Source: Perkinsus chesapeaki ATCC PRA-425
Taxonomy: Eukaryota; Protista; Perkinsozoa
Assembly (NCBI GenBank): GCA_013115145.1
Contig: JAAPAO010000012.1
Location: 1-64,000, forward strand
Length of the DNA stretch: 64,000 bases
Reading direction: 5' to 3'
Within the stretch, counting starts at the first letter, position 1. Every line of letters starts with the position of its first letter. The notes under the pieces are model-generated. The model was not told the DNA's origin. It did no database searches and was given only the letters and a program-made list of their open reading frames with translations. The position numbers and the translations under genes were made by a program. Below, piece by piece: positions 22,654 through 35,769 of this stretch.

Positions 22654-25600
22654 ATGGCAGTGGGCCACCGCCGCCAGCAGCATCAGCAACAAGTAGTGGA
22701 GCCGGTGGTGAGATTTAGTAGGGGAAATTGGTATAACGCTGGAAGGCTTCAGGGCACAAGCAGAGCGTCTTGCGCTCACAAACGTCACCCGAAGAGCAGA
22801 AGCGACGTCAAAGCGAGATCCGGCGGGTCTTGGCTCATACCATGCGGTTGACTGGGAAGTTGCGTGAGCAGCTTGACGTGAGTTTGGGAATCTTCGAGGC
22901 TGCTATCAGCGCTGCTTTGATACTTAACCTCGGAGGATTTATCGACTCGAAAATGGTGGGCAAACTTTGGATCAATTCCGCAATTGAAGGGACAAGCTGA
23001 TCCGTCGCTCTGGTGGGAAAGTGACATTAAAAGCTTTCTCGTATGCAAAAACCTCACCGTCGCGATCCTACCGAGATGTCTACCTTGGTTAGCTATGGTG
23101 TTAGATAGTATCTGAGGCCAACCAGCAGACCGGCAGGAAGCGGTCGGGCTCGAGATCAGACATGGTTGGCTTTGCACCCTTTGTTGTCGAATAAGGCCGC
23201 TTCGTCCCTTCCACCCTAAGCCGAGTTCCTGACCGTGATGTGAGGCCTTTTGGGACTTGCGCTGCCATGGGACTGACCTCATCCTCGCTCTATGCCATCC
23301 AGCGCCTTCTGCACACCTCATCAGCGATTCCCGCTGCAATCACCGGTTGGAGCCAAACTCGGGTTTTGAAGTTCGTCAGAGCGGTAAAGAACCCGACCAA
23401 TGGAAGTTTTCACGCCACCAAGTGGGAAGTGAGTGTGGATGGTTCTACACTGGGATGACCGGGTGTCCGGTGTAGTTGCTGGAAGTTCTCGGCACTGACA
23501 ACTTGGTGGCGGGTGAGCAAATGTTTTCACTTGTGAAGGGCTCTGATGAAGACCTAACTGTGTCTATGCTCGAGCTCGCTTCCCTTTGCATTCTGGCCAA
23601 CCGGAACATAAGCGAAATGTCCAAGTAGGAGCTATACGGTGATGTATTTCGGTGACGAGTAGAGACAGGTTGAGATTTTTGCTGGACCTCTTCGATTGGG
23701 ATTCTGACCAGAAATTCACCGAAGTTCATCTGGTACAAACCTCAGCCAGTCGCTCCTCCGAGTAACGCCAGCCGTCAGGTTATGGTCGCTCAAACGGTCC
23801 TCTCCGCGCTAACGAAGAGCATCCAAGCAACTGTCCAAGCTGTTGGCGGACACCCCAAGGTCGGGGTCACCTGGCTTGAAGCTGGGTAATGTCATTGAGC
23901 AGGTCTCACCTGTGGAGATGGCGAACTTCGGTCGACTCCAAGACACCTGTCGACGGCTTTTCAGCGATAATATCGGGAAGTCCCCGGGAGTGCTCACACG
24001 CGAGGAGCTTATCGCGTACATGATGGATCCCTCCGGCAGCCTGCACTGTGTAGGTGGCCCTCCCTGAAGTTGAAGACGAATTACTTTGCCTGGCAAGGTT
24101 GTCAGAATGCTGTCAGCTCCGAGTGGAAGTGAAGAGGATGTTTCAGAGCCAGACGACAAAGCCTGCCAGGAAGAGGGTCATGAACTCGATGTTTCGAAAA
24201 CGAGCTCTGAGTTCGTAGACAATAACGAGTCAGCAGCTATCTGGGGGGTGGGCACAGGATACTCCCTTCAGAAAGGAGTGTCAGTGTTGGCTGCAGACAC
24301 CAGAGACAGAGGCCTCAAGGAAAGTTAGCTTCTTTGGGAAGTGGCTGATAAGGAAAAAGAACGAAGTAGAGGCTGCGGGACGGTATCGCCAACCTCGTGT
24401 TGGGAGTTCCTACTGTATTGATCAGACATGGCAGAACACCGAGGACGAGCCGCGGCGGCGAGACCATCGTAAAGCAGTGGCTCCGATATTGTTTGGACTC
24501 TGTCGGTTCTGCCTCGTCATCTTCGATAGCGTCCCATGGCATTTTCCAGAGCCCTGCTTCGACTTCCTTAGCTGCTCTACGAGTGAGTCTCCAGTGGCTC
24601 GCACTTAGGGGGGCCGGTGCACTCAGGTGCGACTCCACCTTGCATGGCTTTCTTGTTCTGCCCGAGTGTCCTCTTTGAGAAGCTTCAGGGCTAAGCACAT
24701 TCTTGGCGCTGGCAACATTTGCCTTCCAGGAAGCATGTTGGTAGAGCTCTCACATCGCAGTTCCCTCCACCATCATCTCCAGACGTGCATAGGAGAACTT
24801 CGGTTCGTCGAGGCAAAACTAGCAGCCGCAAGTACCGATGAAATCCCTGCCTCGATCCTCGAGGAGGCTCTGGACGCTTGCTTAAGGGTGAGTCGCCGCG
24901 GTGCGCGGGGATGGCTCAGTGGTTCACTGTGATGATCTCAGTGAATGACTTCTGTAGGAAGCGACGGATCTATGGCGACACCTGGCGAAGAGCTGTCGTG
25001 AGGTACCGAAAGGAACACAAAATATGTCCCTTTTCTTGGACGGGGTCGTTGAAGGTTGCAAAGTAGGCGTCGATAGTACCGAAATTTCTTCACGTGCCTT
25101 GTAGGCTATAATTGCGGGGTCATCAAGTAGTTGTATCGAGAACTCTACGGTAGCGAGATGCTACGGACTCTAGCAGCCCAGCGCTCCAGGTCGAGGAGGT
25201 ATCTCGCTTGATACTTGACAAGGCCGTGCTTCGTAATGCTGCTATCAAAATGGAGCTCAAGCAGCCGGTTGGTGCATGGCGAAGTCCCGGTGCTGATACT
25301 GAAGGAAAAGCTCATGGCCTGGAGCTTGCTATTACTAGGCTCGGCGCCCTATTAGGTCGCATGACTAGCACCACGACTGTGAAGGAAGCCAAAAAGTGAG
25401 GGTCTAGTTGGGAGGCGGGGGCCTGGTCAGCCATATTTTATTCCTGGACTTACTGGCGTGTCCTCATCAAACTCGCGCTACACAATAAGCTTTGAATCAT
25501 TTCTGGTGAATAACCATTTCACATTTCCTTGCGCTGTTTCTAATACGTAGCAGGGATGCGTGGAGTCGATAGATTCCTATTGCCTGCTGGTTCGTATCTT

Positions 25601-27982
25601 CTCCACAAGCTCGCCTGTAGTGGCTCCATCTCAGACTGGTTTCAACGGAGATCGAGGATCTCCTACCCTTGGTTGGCGGTCCCCTCTGTAGTGTACGGCA
25701 AAATCTACTGGAAGCTTTTCTAAGAATGCGAACGGCTGAGAAAGTGATGGCCGAAGGTGCTCTGGCCGCACTGCGGTATGTTTGTGTGGTGCAACCTCTT
25801 GCGAACGTGCCTGATAGGCTTGTGGGTGACGAATTGGACCACGTCGACGGAAAAGAAGGGTTCAACGCAGAGCAATATCCTATCGATAAGGCAAGCCATC
25901 AGGGCGGCGCTTCGCCGGTGAATCCATATCCAGATCGAAAGGGCCTATACAGACGTCACTGTGGAGCGTTCCCTAGATGCAGCCCTCGATGATCCCTCTA
26001 CGTCTTCCTTGCCCGTCTCGGCAGCGTGCGCTTTTGGCTTTGGTGCCGACGCCTTCTCTCTCAACCCATTAAAGGTAGCCGATGCCTTGGAAGAGCTGGC
26101 AAGTCGAGTCGACTGTGTGAGTGGTCTACGGCTTGAAGATACTTTAGAGGTCATTAAAGCACTGCAGTGCAGTTCGACTGTCCCTGGCGCCGAGTCTGAC
26201 AGGAGACCGAAATTTCTTATTCGGGCGAAACAGTCCGCCTGCGCTCATGGATGGCCATCCTCCGAGGGCCTAGAAGAGGCCCTGGGAGAATATGGTAGCT
26301 CAGTACCGTACATGGACGAGGTTTGGAAGGCGGTGATCGATGACCTAATGAAGGCTTTGAACGAAGACCGCGGCTCCGTGTCCACTGATGTGATTAAGGT
26401 GGCTCAGCGACATGTGCAAGGCCGCCTCAGGAGAATCCATCGCCTCATTTTCGATCTTACTTGCCACGGTATACTCGACTCACCAAATCCTGCCATTCAG
26501 GGTAAGACGGTCCCTGCCTTCCTCGGAGACTGTCACCTTGTTCTCAGACTCCAGGCTGCGTTCCCCGCTCCCTGGATCACTACAAGGCCCGGGCTCGCCC
26601 ACTGTTGTCTTTGATTCCTCGAATCGCCTGCGGTGCGGCCGTCACGCCCAGATGGCTTGGTTCGCCGGAGCCCTGAGTGTCCCAGCCTTACGGGCCCATC
26701 AAGATGGGGACACGGCGAACAACTTTGAGAGCGTCAACCGCAGAGCCGGCGAAGCCAAGGTGCTTCAACTTTTGTGTGAAAGAAAGCTGATCTCGTGGAT
26801 GACAAGTGGACGAGGCATCGTTGAGGAAATGCAAGATAGCAAGATATCCATGCTGGAACAATACGTCCGTGACTGCTTCTTCCATCATTTGCAAGAATCC
26901 GACGAGGTTTCCCTTGGTGACCAAAACAGACACGCTCATGTCGATGAAGTGCCGCCGCCGCCCGAGTTGCATGATTGGGGGCGCGCGCCTTCTGCCGATG
27001 TATTCAATGTTATCGAAGACGCCAAGAAGTGTCCTCGAACCTGGGAGATACTGTCCGAGTTGTGCGCCGGCAGTGAGGAGAGACGAGCCCGAGAAGCCGT
27101 GGTGGCGATGCGGTGGTGGACGTTGGCTTTGTCGAGGTGAGCTCCGATTGGAGAAAGCCTGGCAGTAGCCGATGGACAGACAACTGGAGCTCGAGCTGGC
27201 TCTTGTTAAAAAGAGTCACCAACATACAGACGAGAAGGAGGAGGAGGTGACTGCAAATTACATCGCAGTGGTTGACAGGAGGGTCAAGATAGCGGTACAG
27301 CGCTTCATAGAGGTATCGAGAAGGCCTCTAGGAGAGCACAGCGCGCCGTGCAGGTGACGATGGTGCGTCCTGGTGCAATAGGAACTAGGGCCTTCCAGCG
27401 TGTAGAGGAGCTGATTGAGATCGCTGCCGCAGAGGCACTCCGCTCCCTCCAGTCTGTCTACGTCCAAGTATTTCGTCAAACTGAATCCATGCCAGCCCGC
27501 CAAGTTAGGATACCGAGCATCTTGATGGCGACGAGGTCGAACCTATGATGGGTGACATGCTCCAATCGTTCCTCACTGAAGTGGATAATCACCGTGTCAA
27601 GTTCATCCGCAGAGTCACCCACGGTGCTTCGGAAGGGGATGAAGGCCCTCCAGGAAAGTTTTCTCGTTCAACCTCCCAGAGACGGAAGTTCTCAGGCTTG
27701 GTGGTCAGCACTGAGACTGTCGAGAAGATCTTGAGTGGTGTTCAAAGCTCGCTCGAGACTGTACGATAGCCCCGCCGTGGGCAACTGGAAGCTTTGTCGT
27801 GTCAGGATCACCTCTACTGCCGTCTATTCGAGGATGGACATGACACGCCTCGAGCAGCCATGGATGATCCCTTCGATCTCGAGCTGGCTTTGTGGATGGG
27901 GAGCATGTCTGTGCTTGAAGCTGTGAGGGAGGCCTTGGCTATCCTTAGGAGCTCTGAGACCTCTCCCATGGAAGGAGCATGA
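22654..27982 (+). CDS. Large multi-exon hypothetical protein (possibly two genes)
   Basis: A chain of helical-looking exons (e.g. VLTREELIAYMMD, LRFVEAKLAAAS, LEELASRVDCVSG, MLEQYVRDCFFHHL, DLELALWMGSMSVLEAVREALAIL) separated by short introns. No family recognised. Confidence 0.5.
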
Positions 27983-28067
27983 GCTTGTCATGTGAACCTT
28001 CTCACGAATCATTGCAGAGTTCGGAAGGCCATCCGGTGCCGGTTTAGTTAATTTAATACTTCTCCCT

Positions 28068-28382
28068 ATGCGGCTTCGTCGGAACGACACCGTGATGTCC
28101 GCGGCTACGATCGGGCCATCGTCCCCGCGCCGCGCAATCGACTTCTCTGACGATCCCGCCGCCAACCCCGACGAGCCCATCAATGGCGCTGCCCTTCCGA
28201 CATGGCACAGCTCTTACGGAGACTTGATAGCTCGTCTTGGATACGCGCGGAGGCTCCACGGTGGGCTGCGGGACCAGCAGATATCCGACTTATGTCTGGC
28301 CATGGGCGTGCCTGACCTGACCCAGGTACCAGGTATTCCCTCTTCGAATACACTGAAAGTCTTCCTGTCAGTCTGGGAGTAG
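28068..28382 (+). CDS. Hypothetical protein (first exon; probably continues)
   Basis: 104-codon ORF with YGDLIARLGYARRLHGGLRDQQISDLCLAMG and a possible donor (CAG|GTACC). Confidence 0.35.
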   Translation: MRLRRNDTVMSAATIGPSSPRRAIDFSDDPAANPDEPINGAALPTWHSSYGDLIARLGYARRLHGGLRDQQISDLCLAMGVPDLTQVPGIPSSNTLKVFLSVWE

Positions 28383-28953
28383 CGAAGACGATGCCAATGT
28401 AGAAGTGCCCGACCAGCTCAGCCCTCTGCCAAGCATCCTGGTGGTCGGCCCTAAGGTTTGCAGCCACGGTTGCTTCTTGGTTATTGTCCTTGTTGTAGGG
28501 TACCGGCAAAACATCGGTTGTTCGTCAAATGCTGTCGGGTGTGCTGCTCAAGAGCAGAGCCCACAGAAGCATGGAGGTGGCTTTCGACGGCATCACACCA
28601 GTGGGTAAGATAGACTCTGAACGAGAAGGCGTAATTGTGGAACAATCAACAAAGGAGACTTTTCGGTGAGCATAACCATGCGCTCAAGAGAAGCACTGCC
28701 TAGCAGGATCCCCGTTGACGTACCGCTGTGTAGCGGCTGCAGCGGGAACAACATCTACCTTTATGTGGACTGCCACCTCTGCTCATCAGTCAGCAATGTT
28801 ATGTAGAGGCTAATGCCTAGTCCCACCAGGCAGCAAGGCTTCTTCAGGAGCGCCCTATTGGCCACACTGGATCGGACACTGGCCGATCCGGAAATGCACA
28901 CTAGGGTTACGTCGACCCCAATTAAGAGCAAGAAACCTGAGTAGAGCAGAAAT

Positions 28954-29010
28954 CGGCAGGTAGCGGGGATCGAACCCACGGTCTCATCTCAGGGCTACCG
29001 CTGAGGCCAA
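28954..29010 (-). pseudogene. tRNA-like remnant (A-box-like segment plus intact T-arm, no anticodon arm)
   Basis: Minus strand TGGCCTCAGCGGTAG...GTGGG-TTCGATC-CCCGC: a 5-bp T-stem with a canonical 7-nt loop. The spacing is too short for a cloverleaf. Confidence 0.45.
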
Positions 29011-29174
29011 TTCACCCCCTACCACGAGGAAAAGAGTCCGAGCAGCAACTCCGAGCTCTGGAACTCCCGCTAGGAAAACGCGCTCTCGAGTGGCCAGCGT
29101 GTGCACGCCAGGGGGAACAGGTGCATGTTGATTCTGCCATGGGCATGTGGGCAGCCCTGCTGGCAGGCCCGGAC

Positions 29175-31197
29175 ATGGAGACGCCGGTTCGGAGGTCCGC
29201 ACGGAAGGCTGCGAGAAGTGACTGGATGTGGCTGGCTGACCAAGACAAGTTCACGATCAGTGATGACCTATCGCAGGCATGGCCCATCAACTCTTCTGTG
29301 GTTGGGGATGATTCTCTCGCAGGGCGGAGGCAACTCGGAGGCCATTCCAGCGAGGTTACCGACACGGCTGGAGCCGGTGGCTGAGGACATGAGCGAAGGC
29401 TTCGCTGATATGGATGAGAAGGACAAAGCCGCCGCAGTGAGATCTGCTGACCCTCGCGTCGCAAGTGTCCCGCCAGCTACCTGCGGAAGATATGCAGCTT
29501 ATCGCTCGAAGATTCCTGCAGTCAGTGGCAGAGGGACCTAGCGGTGCTGCCAAAACGACGGTATCCTTTGCCGGGCGGCTTGTGGTGGTTCTGTCTTTCT
29601 GTAGGTTCCGAAGACTTTGCCATCAAGCGTTATGGAGCAGATCGAACGATATTCCCGGAATAGTGCCAGACGCGTAGGGTTGTTTATCGTGGGATTCGGT
29701 CGCGAGCGAGTTGTAGGTCGACGGCACCGGGTTTGCTAAGAAGTTCACCGACTTGCTGCGGAGTTATGACGCTTTGAACAAGACAGTGTTCGTGGTGGTG
29801 GACCAGGCGGAGAGACTTCTACCAGATGCGGCTGATGTAGCCCGGTCCCCACGCTTCGGTTGCATCCTTCCCTTAGCCGCTGGAGCCCGCAAATGATGCG
29901 GCAAGGCTGATGGAGTTCCTTCTCGACATGAGCGATGTGAGTCCGTCCCAGTGTCACATTTCCGATCTCTTACCATTGTCAGGAGCTCTGCCTGCCCAAT
30001 GCATGTTCTGTGATTGTGAGCTCCACGCCTATCCCCCGGGACTCTCGTGGCGTTGTACACTTTCCACCGTATAATAACGCTGAGGCGATCGCTCTCCTGT
30101 CCGCCTACTGTCATGCGCGCTCGCCAATGCCGCATTTCAAGGAGGCCGTCACAGCCTTCAGCTCGGTAGCTGTGGGATGCCATCGATCCAAGGACATTGT
30201 TTAGAATCAGATGTATGTGAAGTTCTTTTACGACTCTCTGATAGTCACTGATATGACGTCGCTCGTGGGGCATGCCCTGGATGTTTACAACGTGGAGTGA
30301 GTACCACACAGTAGGGCACCGTCGGTCGAACGCGTTCCAGATACACCAGAATAGTGGACGAGACCTGGGGGAGGGCCACACTAGAGGGTTGTGTCGAAGA
30401 GGACGATGATGACGATGACGACGGTGATGATACTATTAGCCCGGCAATGCGGCGAGAGGTACGGGCTGCCAGCAGGCTATTGCCTGGTTTGAGTTTTAGG
30501 TCATATCCGTCTCACAAATTGAGCTAAAGAGCACGCTGAGCGAGCACATGACTTTCATCATGACCAGAGGGGCAACCAAGGCCGCCATCAAATGGGAGTC
30601 TCATTTGCCGTCGGCATCTTTGGTGCGCGCAAGAATTATGAGCCCTTTCAGATACAACGCACGCTTGCTGGTCCTCGCTGGCTTCCTCGCTTCCCATAAT
30701 CCACCTTCCATGGACAACCGCCTTTTCATGATGAAAACGGGCCGCAGCAGCCGCGCCACGGTAACAAGAATTCGTAACAACCAGATTGCGATGGACTCAA
30801 TTAACGTCCGGCCTCCAAAGTAGAGATGCCGGCAGTTCGCTCGAACATTCAACAAAAGCGTCTCAGGCCGTTTCCTCTGCAGCGTATGTTGGAGATTGCC
30901 CGATATCTTCACCACGGGGAGATGCGCATGACATCCGATGTCTTCCAGGAGGTTTCCTAGGGACATGCCACTGCGCTGACGTTCTTTCAGGTGCGTCGGC
31001 TGGTACATCTCCGATTGTTGATGACCAATGGAGATCCGAGGTAGGGTTCCAAAGCAACTCTCCGAAGTCGACGTTTGTTCAGCATCGATGCCTGGATGGA
31101 AGGCGCAGTGAAGCTCACTACTGGTCTACACTCTTATCCAGTTGTAGAAGAATTGGCGGTCTCGGTGAACGCTGACCTTAGAGAGCTTATCCTATGA
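29175..31197 (+). CDS. ORC5: Origin recognition complex subunit 5
   Basis: Walker-A-like GPSGAAKT, VFVVVDQAERL, VVHFPPYNNAEAIALL, RLLVLAGFLASHNPPSMDNRLF (ORC5 C domain), ending VEELAVSVNADLRELIL*. The start is approximate. Confidence 0.8.
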
Positions 31198-31262
31198 CGG
31201 CTGGCATGTGAACATTTCCTGCATTTCATTTGTTGTGTTTCCAAGCTGGGCACCACCTTCAG

Positions 31263-31866
31263 ATGTTATCTCGATGTTTTCGAACTTGTCATGTGTTTTC
31301 GCAGGCAAGGTATGCCGGATCTGCGGCAGGCCCGGCACGAACAAGGAGGACGCAACGGCAGCCGAAAAAAGCCAACAGCAGTGAAGCTACTGTTCAAGCG
31401 GCGGGTGAAGCTGAGGTGGAGCCACAAAGGCAGACAGCTGCCTACCAGATAATGTCGACGGAGCTCAAACAGCGTGTGGAAGAAGCCTTTGTTGCCGAAG
31501 GTAAGTTGCTGAATGCCGCGATGTATCTGTAATAATCTGACCCTTGTCAGCTAATCGGTTGAAAGCTGAGCAGATTCCAGTGGCGAAGGCGATTGAGATA
31601 TTCTACAAGACTGGCATTGTGCACCCAAAGCGATGGCCTGTTCCAGATATTGTGGAGGAGCTACGGTACCGGGGATGGTCGCGTAAGTGGCATGTCGGAG
31701 TGACGCCTCCGAGCTTAATCCAGGTGGCTTCCATATCAAGGCTACCTACTATCCTCAGCCTCCTGATCCCATTAACCGCGAGACTGCCGTCGAACTTGCA
31801 AAATGGCTTAGGATCGTTGACCGGAAGAAGCGTGAGCTTGAAGCGCAAAGTGCCGCTAATAAATAG
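31263..31866 (+). CDS. Hypothetical protein with mitochondrial-presequence-like N terminus
   Basis: MLSRCFRTCHVFSQARYAGS...; two introns give ...HPKRWPVPDIVEELRYRGWSRGFHIKATYYPQPPDPINRETAVELAKWLRIVDRKKRELEAQSAANK*. Confidence 0.65.
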
Positions 31867-32058
31867 TATAACACAGAGTGTTTGACATGTTAGTGCTAAG
31901 AAGTTTCTGGAGAGAGTTCTGTTGTACTCCGTCAAAGTGGTATATGACGACATGAAACGATAATACGATACAGACTTACGGAACAGAACAAATAGCACAC
32001 ATGTTTTAACTCACTTTTCACCCGCGTTAACGACGCAGTACCAACTTCGAACGTCGTA

Positions 32059-32307
32059 GCGGACTACTGGCCCCCATTCGGAGCGATGCTCGTTATGGAG
32101 TTTTACTCGGATGGGCTAGTGCGATGGATTTACAATGGTAGAGTAGCCTCTATGGACGCGATAAAAGATTGTCAATCAAAGTCAGTGTTGGATAAACGAT
32201 GGACCCTTCATTGTCATCTGAGGCCTCTCGATGTTCTTCAGAATCTTGTTCCAAGCAATCAGGAGTGTCAACTGGAAGATCATCAGAAAACTCGTCTGCA
32301 AGCGTAA
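32059..32307 (+). pseudogene. 3'-terminal fragment of a histidine acid phosphatase gene
   Basis: Nearly identical to 35111-35293 (DYWPPFGAMLVMEFYSDG...). It lacks all upstream exons and the start of the last exon (PTCSFELMRKHLV). Confidence 0.85.
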
Positions 32308-33571
32308 CGGCCAGCGCATCACTCAGTACGGCGGCCGTAGTACGGCCAGCATGAATCTGGTCTATCAGCTGGTCACACCGGCACTTTTCCTGCTTGCGTG
32401 ATGTCGGAGCCTTCGCTTATCGTAAGTGAGCGAGCCTTAACAAGGCACCAAGTTACTATACAGGACAGCTAAATGAGACCTACATCTACTTGACTAGCTG
32501 TACACTAAGGCCTCAGGAACAATGCGTTGACCTGAACAGTATCTTTCGAGGTTCTGAGTGGTCCGCTTTTCTCCGTTAGTAAGACAAACGTGCGTTGCAC
32601 CTATATACAATGTTGCTGTGTACAATAGTAGCTTTTGTAAGTGACAAACACAGTCGTCGAGGTGTAGTTGCGAAAATTGGCTGCAACCTGGTATTGCCAG
32701 TGGGTGTTCCGGCCCGATCGTGGGTCATGCAAGACATAGGAAATTCAGCTACAAGGGCCTTCATTCTGCTCACCGAGCTGCGATTAACAGGATTCCTGTT
32801 ACAGGAGCTCCTAGCTTACATCTTCCGATACCCGTGTATGTAAAACCAAGTCCCACGGATTTGCACTCCGCTTGTATCCTCCTAAACTATGCAGCCTTAT
32901 GGAGTTCAGGAGCGGATGCACACCGAAACCTCCAAAACCCGACCACTCGAACAAATACTGAGGGAGGGCAGTTTTCGGTTGAGAACAGCGATCGACCCAA
33001 GGTATGTCGTCACTTTTGACCTATGTCGCAATGACAATCTTGACGACTCAAAAGATCATTGTTTGAGCTCGGCTCCACTGAGATCCACCTGAGTTGGATT
33101 CATGGCGCTCCTGCATGGCCTTCAATTGTGGCCTGCAATACGATCGTCAAGCCAGATGTTGATTGGTAACTCTGAGAGCTGACTGCAGTCCGTCGAGGTC
33201 TCTCTACAACAGGGAACCAAATGGATGGACTGGCCAGGCAGAAAGAGTGTACTACGGGGCTCAATGATTTTGCTACACCAGCTCCATGTGCATGGCTCTT
33301 CAGATGCGGGTTGGAGTCTTCGGGAGGCAATACCGCAGCCGCACGAGGCTAGAGTTATACTCCGTGGCGTATACTATTGATACATGGACGATGGATACAA
33401 GACAAATAAATCCATGCTGTTTGTGGCATCTGGTGGGATGTAACTGCCTGACTCATGGCTTTGTGGGGTACGGACTGCGACGCAAGCTTTGGCCCATGAC
33501 GGAGCAAGTTCCGCGCCACGTTACATCAGGAACTCCCCAGGATGAATTTTTCCGCTTCTTTTCTGAAATTG

Positions 33572-35399
33572 ATGGTGTTGAAGTCATTCGTCCTACTCGG
33601 AGCATTAGGTGCAGTGGCCGATGAAGGGTCGTCAACGTACTACTGCAACAGCGAACTCAAATGGCCTGACTGGCCACGAAGAGAAGACCGTTGTGATGTT
33701 AAGCTGGTAAGTACCAGTAAACTCGCTTTCTTCCACCGTACGACTTTCCAGAAACGAGTTGTTGTTTTCGGCCGCCACGGTGCAAGAGTGCCAATACCAG
33801 GATCATACGCCGAAAAATGCTGGGCCGGAGATGTAACGAAGTAGGCGGTTTTCCAGTTCGTGGCTCTTACGCTTCTTGCAGGTTCACATGTCCAACAAGA
33901 ACATTCTTGGGATACACCAACAGCCCTTCTTCTGGATCATCCCCAGGATTCACTCGCATTCGCGGAAACCATGGTATAATACCTGGACATGACTGCATCG
34001 CAGGTGAGCTTCAACTGCTGGCCTACTATCGGGTCCATGATTATGTCGAACATGCTTGCCAAGGTCAACTTGTAGGCAGCGGAGTTCGAATGCTTTTGAA
34101 TAACGGCAAGCAGATCGCGCGGTTCTATAAGGAAGCCTTGGGGATCGAAGACGTACTTGACCATTTCGTTAGTCGATACAAGGCTCAGCGTGTTGATAAC
34201 ATTAGATTCCCAACGCCGTACATCTAATGATCCGCTCCACCGACGTACCTCGTGTAATCCAGAGCGCAACTGCCTTTATGATCGGTATGTTCCCAACACT
34301 GAATGGTGAGGCGGGAGATGATTGGAAGGGGCATTTGTTAGTTGTTTTTCACTTTCTTCAGTATCGTCTCCTCCCCTGGACATGATCATTCCTGACCAAG
34401 CATCTGACCCCATGGTTCCGAAACCTTCAGTAAGGAAGGCCTCGAGTTGTGTTCGTTGCAATCTGTCCTAATTCAGGTATGTCCTCAACTTGCAAATCAG
34501 TTGAATACTTTTTACAGATCACCTCTAGCCAAGAAAGTCGTAGCTCAATCACAAGCGCAGCGAGCCTCTACCGGGACCCGCGTGCCATGAGCAGTCTTTA
34601 TTCATATCTTTTGGTGAGAAGTAATCTCTTTGTCATTGAAGACGTGTGGTAATTTGGTCAGGACTGCCTCACAGCTCACTTCTGCCCTACAGTACCAGGT
34701 GATGATAAATCAGTCCCTCAAGGACTTGAACCAGGCAGTAAAATGTTGGCGGACGTCTTCAGCAACGGCACGTAAGCTTGCCTCCGTCTGATATATCAAA
34801 AACTATTTGGAATTACTCAATCTCAGATTTTGGTTCAACGGGAAATATGGCACCGCCCCTAAGCTGATGAAGCTTGCATATGGCCCGATGATTGATGTGA
34901 CGACTTCATTTTTCCCTCCTCAATTCTCATCCCTTAGGACCTTCTCACCGACCTAAAGATGACCTTCCGTAAGTTTTCTTTGTACATGGGGCATGACTCC
35001 GGTCCAACCAACCTTATTCTGGATGCTCTGGGCCTGACTTGTAAGACTTTATGATTTTTCGTTGTTCAACTCAACTATCTGGTGTAGGGCTGGATACACA
35101 CAACAAATGTGCGGACTACTGGCCCCCATTCGGAGCGATGCTCGTTATGGAGTTTTACTCGGATGATCAAGTGCGATGGATTTACAATGGTAGAGTAGCC
35201 TCTATGGACGCGATAAAAGATTGTCAATCAAAGTCAGTGTTGGATATTCGATAGACCCTTCATTATCATGTGAGGCCTCTCGATGTTCTTCAGGCCCACA
35301 TGCAGCTTCGAGTTGATGAGAAAGCATTTAGTAGGTCTTGTTCCGAGCAAGCAGGATTGTGAACGCGAGCGCGAGCTCACCGCTCACTTAAGAGGATGA
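33572..35399 (+). pseudogene. Secreted histidine acid phosphatase copy 1, apparently frameshifted
   Basis: Signal peptide, RHGARVP (33773-33787) and HD (34992-34997) are present. A deletion near 34563-34576 relative to the paralogs gives a premature TGA at 34588-34590. Confidence 0.65.
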
Positions 35400-35769
35400 C
35401 AGTTGGTGCATCACGCACTGCTCGATTCTAGGCGAGTTTAGTTCCGGTAATCCGACCAAAACTATTTTTCACATTACAACATCTTACCGAACCGGATCCA
35501 ATTTCTCAGATTGCCGAATGGCCGACTTTTTTCCTTCAGCGAGATAAGCCTTGTCGTTTGTTGATAGTTCCACCCCCAAATCACCAACCAGTCGGCACAA
35601 CCCCGATCAATAAATGAGGGAGCGCGACACCTATCGGAATATAACTTTGTTAGCATATCCTGCAGAGAGGGAAACCGATGCGTTCGACCCCGAGCCCAAC
35701 GGGCCACCCGTTACAGGGGAGACTGGGTATGATGAGGAAAGGTAGAATTCGGCAGCAAAATAGATCGGA

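Noticed and set aside
35474-35707. Minus-strand ORF inside the phosphatase array as a possible retroelement remnant
   Set aside because: No RT, integrase, gag or transposase motifs, and no terminal repeats seen.
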